DNA of 64,000 nucleotides from Eledone cirrhosa (Eukaryota). The translations under genes and the position numbers were made by a program. The stretch covers positions 38,750,001 through 38,814,000 of the forward strand of contig OZ024743.1 in the NCBI GenBank assembly GCA_964016885.1. Reading direction: 5' to 3'. The notes under the pieces are model-generated. The model was not told the origin of the DNA and did not search any database. It was given only the letters and a program-made list of their open reading frames with translations. Shown here piece after piece: positions 1-12,299 of this stretch; within the stretch, counting starts at the first letter, position 1; each line of letters begins with the position of its first letter.

Positions 1-759
1 ATCCAACAAATTGTGGAGAATTAAATCTATTATATCAACCCTCCGACGCTAATAGGCTCATTGTACTGGAAAGTATTATGCTCCCATTGGAGTCAAGTGA
101 ATGAATGCAGGCATGAAAATGCCAGAATTTAGCAAGCTATATTCCTTAGGATTGTACTATTTACTTTATCCGGTGAGTAGCCAGGAGCAACGAGAGATGA
201 ATCGTTTTGCTCAACGAACCGAACGTTTCAAGAAGCAAACACACAATCATCTGATAATGAACTCAACATACTGACCATTAGTTTAAATTTTTAGCTGTCT
301 GAGGCTATTCAACTTACATCCGCAGTGAACAACCTAGCAAAGTAGAGCAATTCTCCGGATATCAAGAATGTCTGTTTCTTTATAGCAAATCTTCAAATAT
401 ATATTTGTCCTCTGAAGATAACATAAATTTGACACTGCCTTCAATCAAGTAATTGCTTCTCATTAATATTTCTTCCCCGGTAAATTAAATTTACAGAACT
501 GTTTTAACTTAAAAGAGACGACACTATACAATCTCTGTACGCTTGTATTTTTAAAAATAATTATGGAGCGAACATCTTGAATTTTATGGTCTCTTTAACA
601 TGTTAATATCAAGTGGGTGTAAATGTTAACTCTTGACTTAAATATTACGAATATGAAGAATATTCACAATTTTTTTTAAATGGTGATTAGCTAAACGATC
701 CACTGACAATGGTGATTTATATCTCTAGTTTAATACGATATTTTCTATTGGCCACAATC

Positions 760-1790
760 AATTTATCACGGCGCTGACGGGGTAAACGATTTACGCTGGA
801 AATTCATCACTCAAAATTCATTACGCGAAATTACACAACGTTAAATGCATTGACTGTAATTTCATCGCATAGTAATTACAGCGTGAGCCAACATATCGAC
901 AGTAAATTCATCGTCATGACAAATTCAACGTCACTAATTTCATCATACTATACACAGAAAATCAGGTATCTGTTTTTCAGCATTGTAAATGAAGAGGGGA
1001 AATAATACGTTCATAATTCCAGTGTTTTTACTTTTTGTTTATTATTTATGCGCATTTTCTGGTGTTGCAGTAGAAATATCTAATCTAGATATTTTGTTTG
1101 GCATTTCTAAATTAGGGAACAGTTGAAATACTTTCCCAATCTATTATAGTGAACATTTGTTAGTCAGAAAAACGAAACGCTCACCATGATATTTGAAGAT
1201 ATAAAGAAGTCTATATAATAAATCATACTAAAATAATCTACGGATAAATATGCATCATTAGCACACGGCTTGGGAAACTGATGCGAGAAATACTGCTTAT
1301 ATTGAAGCCACAAGACTGAAACATTAATTGTAACTTAGGCAAAGCACAATTTTATTCTTCCACAACCATATGCCGGATACTTTGGGGTTAGTTATCTGCA
1401 AGCCCGTTAAATGTGAATATACAATTATTGAGATTTTAAAAAAGCTTGCATATGTTAATATGGTGCTCTGTGAAAATATTACTAGATGTCAAACCAAAAT
1501 GGGGAGCAATGGAAGAAATATGACCCCGGTCTCTGAAAATTGCTAGCATATCGAAGTGGTGCAATCCAATAAATTCTACACAACATATGGTGTCTTAAAT
1601 GGTGCTGATTTACCCGTTGTCTATGTTGTAATGATCAGAAGAATAAAAGAGACAACAATATGTTCTCAAAGTGAAATCGTTACAATCAACATTAGCATTA
1701 AACTAATTGTGACCATTTTCGAAAGAGCTGTCTGTAATGTTACAATTGAATTACACTACTTGTATTCTTCGGGCTTTCCGTGCCCTAGAT
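760..1790 (+). mobile_element. Decayed MULE/Mutator DNA transposon remnant
   Basis: ORF 1556-1810 (FYTTYGVLNGADLPVVYVVM...IVTIFERAVCN) resembles the MULE transposase core (LYTIHG...PLVY.L...DFE.A..NA). Degenerate ~15-bp AAATTCATCGC-type tandem units at ~790-950 resemble subterminal repeats. Confidence 0.55.
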
Positions 1791-2249
1791 TCAAAACCCG
1801 ATTAGGTTAAATTTAACTTTCCTCCTTTTGAGATCGATAAATAAAGTACCACACCATAACCACAGGATAAGTGACATTGTTAAAGAATACGACGGGTTGT
1901 CTTTTCAAGCTACGTTCGATTTGAGATCAAATTGTGCTAGCTATTGCCGGTGAGTCTGCTGGCAGAAATTGCAACCGACAAATAGTAGACCAACCCTTCA
2001 AGATTTATGCACACATATCGTAGAATTTTCTTTGCTGCTGTTCCTGATTACCTAAAACGCAAATATATTCCCCCTCTCACAACATTTAACAAAATCTTTT
2101 TCACTCTCATGAGTTCCAGTTCCCTCGACAACATAATAACCTCCAGGGGGGATAACTATGCATTCCACAGACATGTGTGAACTAGGGAGATTCAACAGGT
2201 GCAACACTTTTTTTGTAACTTAGCAGAGAGCGACCATATGTAGCGCAGA

Positions 2250-3700
2250 GCAACTCACGCATATACAATATATGTATATCAACACCCACACTGGACCACC
2301 CCCACCACTTATTATAGTAACACAACCACTAACCTTCACCCTTACCACACACACACACGCATACCCAAACACGCATACATACCCCATTATATATACACTC
2401 ACTCACACATGTGTACACAGCATCTTCCACTCTCTCCCCCCATACTACCACCACTAACCTCCACCCAGACACTCATATTGGACCACCCCATCACTAATAA
2501 TACTAACTACCCCACCCCTCTTCCCCCTTATCACACACACTCACACCCAAAACATACACTCTCACACCAGTGTATATGCACTCACCCACACTTATGGACA
2601 GAGCACCATTCCCTCTCTCTGTCTCTCTCTCCACCCATACTAACACCACTAACCTCCTCCCTGACACCCGTATTCAACCACATCACCACTAACGATACTA
2701 CCTACCCCACCCTCCTTCGCCCTTACCCTACACACGTACTCACACCCTAACCACGCACACACACAAGTATATATACACACACTCATACATATTTGCACAG
2801 CCCCCCCCCTACTCTCTCATTCCCCATACTACCAACACCACATCCACTAACACGCCCACATTCTTCTAACAGCTCCACTAATAAATTCCTTCATACACAC
2901 CACCATCCCCTTCAATATTTCCCTCCGACCTAACCTACTCTCATGTCCACCACACCTTCAGCACACCCATACACAAAACGCCACACAAACACATACCTAC
3001 ACAAATGCCATTCTCAGCCACACACACCTGCTGTCTACACAGCTACTTCACCCCACACAGACAGCTCTATTACTGACAGCATGCTACAGCTTCTGACTCC
3101 CCCTCTCACACATTGTCCTGCCATTTTCACTCTCGCCACCTTCTCTCCTCACCCCTTGATTTGACCATCTTGACAACTTTCAGTTGCGCGCGCCCCATAA
3201 CCTTCCACTACATCTTCACCATTCCTACGGCCCCTATCACAAGAACTACACCCTCTGATATCAACGCGTTGGAACTGTGCTATCCACTTATACACACACA
3301 CACCAACAACCATTCATATAATTACACACAGACACTTTCGTCATTTTCGGACACACGCAACCATACATTTCACACGAACCCATATCATGCTCTCTTCACC
3401 ACAAAACACACACACACACACGTGCACATCCTCACATACACCCACACTGCCTCCAGATCCAGCACGATCTCCACCACCCCATCCGGCCCCTGTACATCCA
3501 CACACACACATACCTACACACATTCAGGGACTATACACACACAGACATTCATTCCACTCCAACATACACAATGTATTTTCAAATCCCACAAGCACGTACA
3601 CCCACTCTCCTGCAGAATCTCTCACTTACATCCACGCAATCATATACTCACGTACATCTACACACACACACCTCACCTTCCGCCATCCTCTCTTGGACTC
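2250..3700. repeat. C/A-rich low-complexity region with degenerate internal duplications
   Basis: CA/CCA-rich, with recurring blocks such as CCCCATACTACCACCACTAACCTCC. The ORFs here are compositional artefacts. Confidence 0.6.
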
Positions 3701-3796
3701 TAATATAATAACTCTTAACTATAATAAAGGGAGGAGCGCAGGACTGCGTCCAGATATGTTTTTTATCCCGTTTGGAAAGTTGGATTACTTTGAATA

Positions 3797-3954
3797 AATA
3801 ATTGTTTCTACATTTGGAACAAGGCCAGCAATTAAACAGTGCATTACTGGTACTTTATTTTAGCAACCCCGTAGGGTTGAAAGGCAAAGTTAAACTCGGC
3901 GGGATTTGAACTCAGAATGGCAAGGGCCGTAACTCTATGCGTCAAAGCATGGCG
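3797..3954 (-). mobile_element. tRNA-derived SINE, 5'-truncated
   Basis: Reverse complement of the family consensus: B box GAGTTCAAATCCCGCC, central GCCTTTCA.CC.TACGGGGT.G.TAAAATAAAGTACCAG, 3' AGAAACAATTATT. Confidence 0.9.
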
Positions 3955-4275
3955 AATAAATAATGAATGAATATTACATAATTTATGTACTCAATTTCGT
4001 AACTCTTGATTAAATATAAATAATGTTATTGCTTATTTTAAGATTCACTTCAACATTTTCAAATGTCAACACTACGGGTTAACGCCCGTTATATTATAAC
4101 ATTTTATACATGGCTTATATAAACATTCATATAATTCCGTCGCTAATTTTCTCATAATGCAGTTTATAAATAATGTTATCGTTTTTAATTATCATGAATG
4201 ACTTTACTGATTACAGACTTCGTTCAATTTCTGTGTTTATTCTCAATTACGATTTCATTTGATGTATCATATCTA

Positions 4276-4311
<36 letters not shown>

Positions 4312-4339
4312 TATAATATCAATATGCACATTACACATG

Positions 4340-4740
4340 CTAGCAGAAAACAACGTTTCGGGAACTTTCTTAGAACCTTTCTACATTGCTTAGCTAATTT
4401 CTCTCTTGGGGTAGCATCCACGAACATGACACTCTGGTATATCTGTTTGTCGTGTCATGAAGTGGCTTTCCCTATCTTATGTTTAGTTCTATCTAAGCTA
4501 TTCCATGATTTGCTCCTGTATAATTGGCAAAATCATTTCATGTCCATTTGTATGAGCGTCTTATATTTCTTTGTGGCTCCTTTGCATAATCTGATTCTGT
4601 TTCTTTGGTTGTAGCCACAGGACTACATGCGATTGATGAAGTGTTGGATGTGTCCTTCCATTTCAATTGGGTCGCACATGCGGGACACATTTTTCATCAC
4701 TCTTACCGAGTCTGCTATCGGAATATCAAACTTAGCCCTA
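4340..4740 (-). mobile_element. Decayed Penelope-like RT thumb/linker fragment
   Basis: Minus-strand translation IQHFINRM*SCGYNQRNR...LYRSKSW...SVMFVDATPREKLAKQC resembles PLE post-RT motifs (SGY, LYR..W, SVMFV..TP...LAK). Contains stops. Confidence 0.55.
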
Positions 4741-4765
4741 TAATGTATGTTTTTTATGTATGTAT

Positions 4766-4775
<10 letters not shown>

Positions 4776-4841
<66 letters not shown>

Positions 4842-4874
4842 ACCCACACACACACACCCACCCACACACACACA

Positions 4875-4911
<37 letters not shown>

Positions 4912-4945
4912 ACACACACATACACACACACACATACACACACAT
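4776..4945. repeat. (CA)n microsatellite
   Basis: Seen directly. Confidence 0.98.
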
Positions 4946-5129
4946 ATATATTATAATTTACAGTTTTCACTCGGGAGTCATATACAATTATTAAGCTCTA
5001 AGAAATACTTCTGAGCATTACATTACAGTACGGCATTTCTATCTGGCTAATTTATTGTCAATTTGCAAAAAAAACACATGAGTGTTGATCATAATTTTAT
5101 ATTAAATTGTACTATATATATATATATAG

Positions 5130-5656
5130 TAATAATAATAAAATTGAAGACTAAAATCCAAAGAGGGCTCGATAAATTTATGTATTTATTTAATTTGTTC
5201 TTAACTTTGTAGCGGAGATTCATTTGGTCTCCTAGTTAGAATTTTAGTCTACGATTTCTGCTATACCATTTACGTGGTTTTGTCTTTGCGTGCTATTGTT
5301 CTCCACGCTCCACATATGACTTATTATCTTCGTTTTTTCGTTCATTGCCAGAGAACGTCTCTATGCACCACCTAAGAGAACATTAGTCTACGACCTCTTT
5401 TATACCATAAACGTGGTTTTGTCTTTGCGCGTAATTGTTTTTCACCGCTCCTATTAATGACGTATTATTCGTTTTTTCCCGTTCTTTGCCAGTGAACGTT
5501 ACCACGAACCAAAGTATCGTCTTCCTGTCTTCCCCCGGTTGCAACGTTTTTTGAAATATCCAGTTCTGCGTTTACAGATTGACTTTGTTAGTTTCAGAAG
5601 ATCCCGTTGAGGGTTAAAGCAGCGATTCTTTGCTTAAACTTTAATCTGTTATTTTA

Positions 5657-5660
<4 letters not shown>
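5130..5660 (+). mobile_element. PLE 3'-end fragment, same family as 52320-52672, with an internal ~145-bp tandem duplication
   Basis: Colinear similarity to 52370-52672 (CATTTGGT.TCCTA..TAGAATTTTAGTCTACGA ... TAATCTGTTATTTTAATAAA). TTAGTCTACGA...GAACGT block present twice. TA runs on both sides. Confidence 0.75.
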
Positions 5661-5719
<59 letters not shown>

Positions 5720-5765
5720 TAAAATAATGAATAAACAAAGAAACAGTTCCTTATATTAAACAAAT

Positions 5766-5907
5766 TCATCATTTTACGATCGTTTCTAGGATATATATGT
5801 GTTAGAGTGGTTATGCATATTCTATAGATCTATGTACAATATCTATACAAACTATCAGAGGGAATATACATACCTACACATATATATGCTGTCTTCAGAA
5901 ATAATGA
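5766..5907 (-). ncRNA. Type-I hammerhead ribozyme, inverted copy of 8667-8808
   Basis: Reverse complement of TCATTATTT-CTGAAGA...GAAA-CGATCG-TA-AAATGATGA. Confidence 0.8.
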
Positions 5908-6634
5908 TATTTGTTTATTGAAAAAAACAAAGATTCAATACAATATGTCTGTTTGGGAACAGGTTTTGAATTGACCAATAGAGAGATAGTGAGGGTCAAG
6001 GTAGTAATATAGTAGTAGAAGAACCTTAAATTATGGGTAGAGGAAGGTAGATTTCAGTTTTGGAAGGAAAAGAATATTATGAATGAAGGATTATTTTAGG
6101 GAAGAAATAGGTCTTATGCTGACCTCAGAAATAATTTTATTTGTTCATTGAATAAAACCAACAAAGAGCTAATATATTCTGTCTGTTTGGTAAGAGGTTT
6201 AGAATTAACCAATAGAAAGTTAATAATTGGCCAAATGGTAAAATAGTAGTAATTGAAGCTTATTTTAGGGGTGAAAATAGGACAGGTGGTCAGTAAAAGG
6301 TATACAAGCAGTTGCTGTTATAAAATAGTAATGCCAATACAAATATCTAAGGTGACTAAAGTTTTACGATAAGAATGTTAGTGAAAAAAATACATCTATG
6401 AGAAGAATATAAATTAATCTAATTGATGGGTATATTTATAATGATAAAATTATACTAATACATATAGATATGATAAATAAGATTTAGATGCAGTTGAAAA
6501 GTGCTGTTAAAGATGAGGGGAAATTAAAAGAATATAAAAATAATATATATATATATACACTTATATATATATATATACACATATATATACACATACACAC
6601 ACACACATACACACATATATATACACATATATAT

Positions 6635-6680
<46 letters not shown>

Positions 6681-6791
6681 GCATATATACATACATACAT
6701 ACATATATATACACACATACACACTTACATATACATATAATTATTGGGGGGGGGGAATTAAATCAATAAATCAATAAACCTAATTAAAATT

Positions 6792-7580
6792 GTGTGTGGT
6801 GAGGTCATTAACAATAATTCTCTTTATAAACATCAGGATGCATCCTATAAAAACAATAAACAACATCGAAACCGTAATAGACGAGTTACTTGGTATAATG
6901 CTCCATTTAATTTACAAATTAAGGATAATATACCTAAAAAATTCTTTAATATCCTAGAGAAAAACTTCCCGCCAAACCATAAATTCCATCAAATCTTAAA
7001 TAGATCAACGGTTAAATTCTCCTACTCAACAACCAAAAACATAAAACAAAATATAAGTGCCTATAATGCATATAAATGTAAAATAACCATGAGTATACCA
7101 CCAGTACATCAAACTAACCATAATATCTCCTCAGATACAGGATTCACGAAAAGTTGTAACTGTAGAAACAAGGCAAACTGTCCATTAAAAGGAAATTGCC
7201 TTGTTAATAACATAGTATATAAATGTGAAGTTAACACTAAGGACTCAATTTATTCATATATAGGAGCTACCTCTAACAAATTTAAGGTAAGATTTAATAC
7301 CCACAAACATAGTTTTAAAAATGCCGCACTAGCTAATACAACATCTCTAGCTGAAATAATTAATAGTTATAGAAAGAGGAATATAGATTATGAACTGACC
7401 TGGAGTGTGCTCAATAGGGCCACCCCTTATCAAAATAGTAGATATGAATGTAGATTATGTTCCCAAGAACTTTTTGAAATAATGAAATCTAAGGATATCC
7501 TATTATATAAGCGACAGGAATTAATAATATCGTGTAATCATAAACTGAGAAAAACCTTTAAATATTATAAACCTAATTAA
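6792..7580 (+). CDS. PLE linker and GIY-YIG endonuclease, C-terminal part of a 5'-truncated ORF
   Basis: Open 262-aa frame with RRVTWYNAPF, KFSYST, CNCRNKANCPLKGNCL, NIVYKC...YIGATSNKFKVRFNTH and CRLCSQE. Homologous to 43021-43750 and 52785-53693. Confidence 0.9.
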   Translation: MCGEVINNNSLYKHQDASYKNNKQHRNRNRRVTWYNAPFNLQIKDNIPKKFFNILEKNFPPNHKFHQILNRSTVKFSYSTTKNIKQNISAYNAYKCKITMSIPPVHQTNHNISSDTGFTKSCNCRNKANCPLKGNCLVNNIVYKCEVNTKDSIYSYIGATSNKFKVRFNTHKHSFKNAALANTTSLAEIINSYRKRNIDYELTWSVLNRATPYQNSRYECRLCSQELFEIMKSKDILLYKRQELIISCNHKLRKTFKYYKPN

Positions 7581-7848
7581 TATACACTTTAGAAATTAAT
7601 ATATAAACTATTTTTAATTTAGTTAACCTGTAATTAATATTCTACTACTGATGAACTACATCATTTTCCTTTCCTTCTTACAACTATCATTTCCTAAAAC
7701 TGATACCATTAAGTAAACATATATAATGCTTTAACTTCAGGTTATGACTCTATGTTCCTTGAAAACTATATATATTTATTATTTCTCACTAAAAAATTTA
7801 ATTCCCCCCCCCCAAATAATTATATGTATATGTAAGTGTGTGTGTGTG

Positions 7849-7884
<36 letters not shown>

Positions 7885-7891
7885 TATATGC

Positions 7892-7929
<38 letters not shown>

Positions 7930-8666
7930 GTGTATATATATGTGTATATATATGTGTGTATGTGTGTGTGTGTATGTGTATATATATATATAAGTGTATA
8001 TATATATATAAGTGTATATATATATATATATTATTTTTATATTCTTTTAATTTCCCCTCATCTTTAACAGCACTTTTCAACTGCATCTAACTCTTATTTA
8101 TCATATCTATATGTATTAGTATAATTTTATGATTATAAATATACCCATCAATTAAATTAATTTATATTCTTCTCATAGATGTATTTTTTTCACTAACATT
8201 CTAATCGTAAAACTTTAGTCACCTTAGATATTTGTATTGGCATTACTATTTTATAACAGCAACTGCTTGTATACCTTTTACTGACCACCTGACCTATTTT
8301 CACCCCTAAAATAAGCTTCAATTACTACTCTTTTACCATTTGGCCAATTATTAACTTTCTATTGGTTAATTCTAAACCTCTTACCAAACAGACAGAATAT
8401 ATTAGATCTTTGTTGGTTTTATTCAATGAACAAATAAAATTATTTCTGAGGTCAGCATAAGACCTATTTCTTCCCTAACATAATCCTTCATTCATAATAT
8501 TCTTTTCCTTCCAAAACTGAAATCTACCTTCCTCTACCCATAATTTAAGGTTCTTCTACTACTATATTACTACCTTGACCCTCACTATCTCTTATTGGTC
8601 AATTCAAAATCTGTTCCCAAACAGACCTATTGTATTGAATCTTTGCTTTTTTTCAATAAACAAATA

Positions 8667-8808
8667 TCATTATTTCTGAAGACAGCATATATATGTGTAG
8701 GTATGTATATTCCCTCTGATAGTTTGTATAAATATTGTACATAGATCTATAGAATATGCATACCAACTCTAACACATATATATCCTAGAAACGATCGTAA
8801 AATGATGA
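8667..8808 (+). ncRNA. Type-I hammerhead ribozyme with ~105-nt stem II
   Basis: Stem I TCATTATTT/AAATGATGA. Core CTGAAGA at 8676-8682, GAAA at 8788-8791. Palindromic stem III ACGATCGT. GUA cleavage triplet, cut after 8799. Confidence 0.85.
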
Positions 8809-8995
8809 ATTTTTTTTAATGTAAGGAACTGTTTCTTTGTTTATTCATTATTTTATTAATTTACCTTCACTCTGTTTTCCGTTTATTTTTCACCGAAAGT
8901 AGTTTTTGAATGCATCTTCTCTTTTCATGATATCCGGATTACATTGAGTTCTTCATTCGGGTTGGACACTACCGTAAACTTTTCGTAGATTTATC

Positions 8996-9110
<115 letters not shown>

Positions 9111-10233
9111 TTATACAGAAAATAATTCCTGGATGTTTAAATACAAAATAGAGCCAGAAGTCGATCTCACGATTTCATAATCTTGGGCGTTGATGCATGC
9201 CCACGCATATTCATATATGCCCTCCTAACATATACAATCACAGATATACATTTACAAACACACATAGATTCATATGCACGCATCATTCTCTGTATTTTAA
9301 TTTCTATTAAGCCACAAAACAATGGAAATGAAGGAGAACAAACTTCGAAATTGTTCATCCATAGCGTCACAAAATTGATTTCCTGTGGATAATTTTAACG
9401 ATGCACCTATAATCACTTAATACATTTAATATATGCACCGTGTTAGATATTCGGAAATTTAATGTTATTCGTTATATTTGGATTTCAGACTAATTCAATG
9501 ATTCTGCTGGTGAACTTGTCGTATGTTTCGAGTCGTTAACGAACCCATTCACATTTATAAACAATATATCCTAATGATTTCTTTAATTTGATAATACCAT
9601 AACTAATTTAATTATGTCGCTACTAGAATTCCAATTCTAAATTGATCAGTGATTATAATGAAAAATGATTTGTTAAGGAAGTCGTTTTATTATTATTATT
9701 ATTGTTATTATTAATATTATTATTATTGTTGTTGTTGGTGTTGGTGTTGGTGTTGGTGTTGGTGTTGTTGTTATTTTCTTTTTCGTTCTACCTTTTTACT
9801 TGAACATCGATATATGTTAATTGTAATTTGGTATGTTTTTGTTTTTGGAAGCAATTTATATTTGAGAGAGTTCCTTCCTCATAGTAGCTCCCAATTAAAA
9901 TAACATGTATCAGCTAGCAGCAAAATGTCCATGTTGGAGGAGGGGCACATTTACGACCTTCCTATAAAGAACATATTTATCTATTGCTAAGAAACACTAT
10001 AGTTGGGAAAATAATTGCGTATTCTCGTCTACAACGTTTTCGCCAAAGTTCTATCAAAACAACCTGTGGATAAACACGTTTATATAGGTAATATTCAATT
10101 GTTTACACTTGTAAAAGATATGATGCTTTGGGATCGACCACGACAGACCCCATAATTGCAAAGCAATTTTGTTTAGACAAATATCAATGTCTATTTCTTC
10201 AGATAAATATATTCATGCACATCATTTAATAAA

Positions 10234-10415
10234 AATAATTGTTTCTACTTTAGGCACAAGGCCAGAAATTACCCAGTACATTACTGGTAATTTATTTTAT
10301 CGAACCTGTAAGGATGAAAGGCAAAGGTAACCTCGGCGGGATTTGAACTCAGACTGTAAAGGGACGTAACTATGCTAGAAAGCATGGCGTCCAACCCTCT
10401 ACCGATACTGCCAAT
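10234..10415 (-). mobile_element. tRNA-derived SINE
   Basis: A box TGGCAGTATCGG, B box GAGTTCAAATCC and central domain on the minus strand. Confidence 0.93.
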
Positions 10416-11914
10416 GATATATAAATTCAACTTGAATAACACATTTTCTGTTATAGGTTGCATATGAAGAATTTGAGTGTGTATGTGCAAAAGCGACTAT
10501 ACAGTTCATGAAATATATCAGTGTGCATAAGCGAGCTGAGATAAAATACTTCGGTTAAATGAATTGAATTATGTGTTTAGTACCGAAGACGGCACTGGTA
10601 TCGATATGTGATGCATTTAAAAAATACACCACGTACCTTCAATGAAATGTAGAGTAATCACATTCGATAAGATTCCCGGGAGAGGCAGATGTCGGTAAAC
10701 ATTAGATTAGGTTGTGAAAATAAATCTCACGAAACTGAACCTCACAAACGAGATCGAAATATACTGCAATGCTTTAGAAAACGTACTTCGCTTCAAGGAA
10801 CCACCCATCTGCAAAGAACTTAACCTGACCTGATGCATCCTCATGCTTCCCACACCAACTATTACCCTTCAGTAACTATTCTCGGCATGACTCTAGAAAC
10901 ACACTTATACTAACCTCAGATTCAACCCACCTTTCTTCCACACTCCTAACATACTGACCCACTAGTCATATCCCCATAGTAGCTGTTATCACCACACTGT
11001 TGAGGAACATTCTCCGGTCCTCTCATCACCGTACAAAACTTGGACACATATAGTGTAGAATCCGTTCACCAGTAGAATAGATAACCAACAAGGTCTCTAG
11101 TGGTGGTATCAGAAACAATGCACACAGTATATATTTTAAGGTGAGTGATGACAAAAAGAAAATTATCCCCTATTAAAACTATCCAATCATTTCTCGAGAA
11201 GACACTTTACTTTGTGTCAGAGGCAGAACTGCCTCTTTATTGTTGGCAGTCTACACGCTGAACGCACACAGTACTCTCCTTCTAGTGAGAGAAAGTGTAT
11301 CCAGTACCAGTAAACCTGCCAGGAAAATGGTCGAAGCTATTTAGCTGTATGACAGACACGAAAGTTTCCCGAGTCACAATAACATCTACTTTGTAGATGG
11401 TGGGATCATATATAACCGAGATGCGGGCCAACAGCACATTCATAGAGTGCTGAAACGCACGGGTCCACTATTCTACGCACATGTTACAATATCATTAATA
11501 ACATGCACGCATGATATTTAATCATAGAGGTTACTGATATGTACTTAGTATAATGCACACAAATAATAGCTTCTACATAACATATTAACATTTAAATGAA
11601 AAATGTATTTCAATTTCTTCACTTGTATTAGAATATACTTAGTCACCTACTTCAGTCTACATGATATGATAGGTGTAAATGATAACATGTATTATATATA
11701 TATATATAATACTATTTAAACGAATAAATTAAATGCACTCATCTGCATTCTCAGATAAGTGAGAAGTATAATACGAGACAACGGCAACGAAGGTGAGAAG
11801 CACCGAATGTATGGGAGGCTTGCTTATAAAGAATGGTGTGGATGTGTTTGCATAATGCAAGTGGAAGTCTACTTATATGAGTACATATGTGTGCATTCTA
11901 TATTAGAAACATAC

Positions 11915-11985
<71 letters not shown>

Positions 11986-12299
11986 CATATTATAAACATA
12001 TACATACATATATATATATGATATCTTAATTCAGATTTAGATAAATAAATCACTGACACGAACGTAATTAACATATATTCTATGAATATCAAATTATATT
12101 AAAAATATTTATTTCTTATCCTGTTATGGCTTCAGTCATTAATCCAAACAAATTTCTCTTATGTGATACTTAAAGATTCTTAACTGAAGCACAGAGTCAG
12201 CAATTTCTTTTCTGGTGGGATGTGAAACCAATCGATTACAACGAACATAATAATTGATGAATGTTTAATTTGAACTCGGTGGGATTTTAAATCAGAAAG

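Noticed and set aside
4605-5014. ORFs rich in HT, CV or YI repeats here and at 6484-6769, 7744-8090, 28551-29946, 41529-41964 and 45699-46559
   Set aside because: These are translations of (CA)n and (TA)n microsatellites, not genes.
5135-5190. TTGAAGA...GATA...GTA hammerhead-like string
   Set aside because: U3 with G8, GATA instead of GAAA and a poor stem II. At best a decayed copy.
7648-7770. CTGATGA downstream of the GIY-YIG ORF
   Set aside because: No consistent stems I-III with any downstream GAAA.
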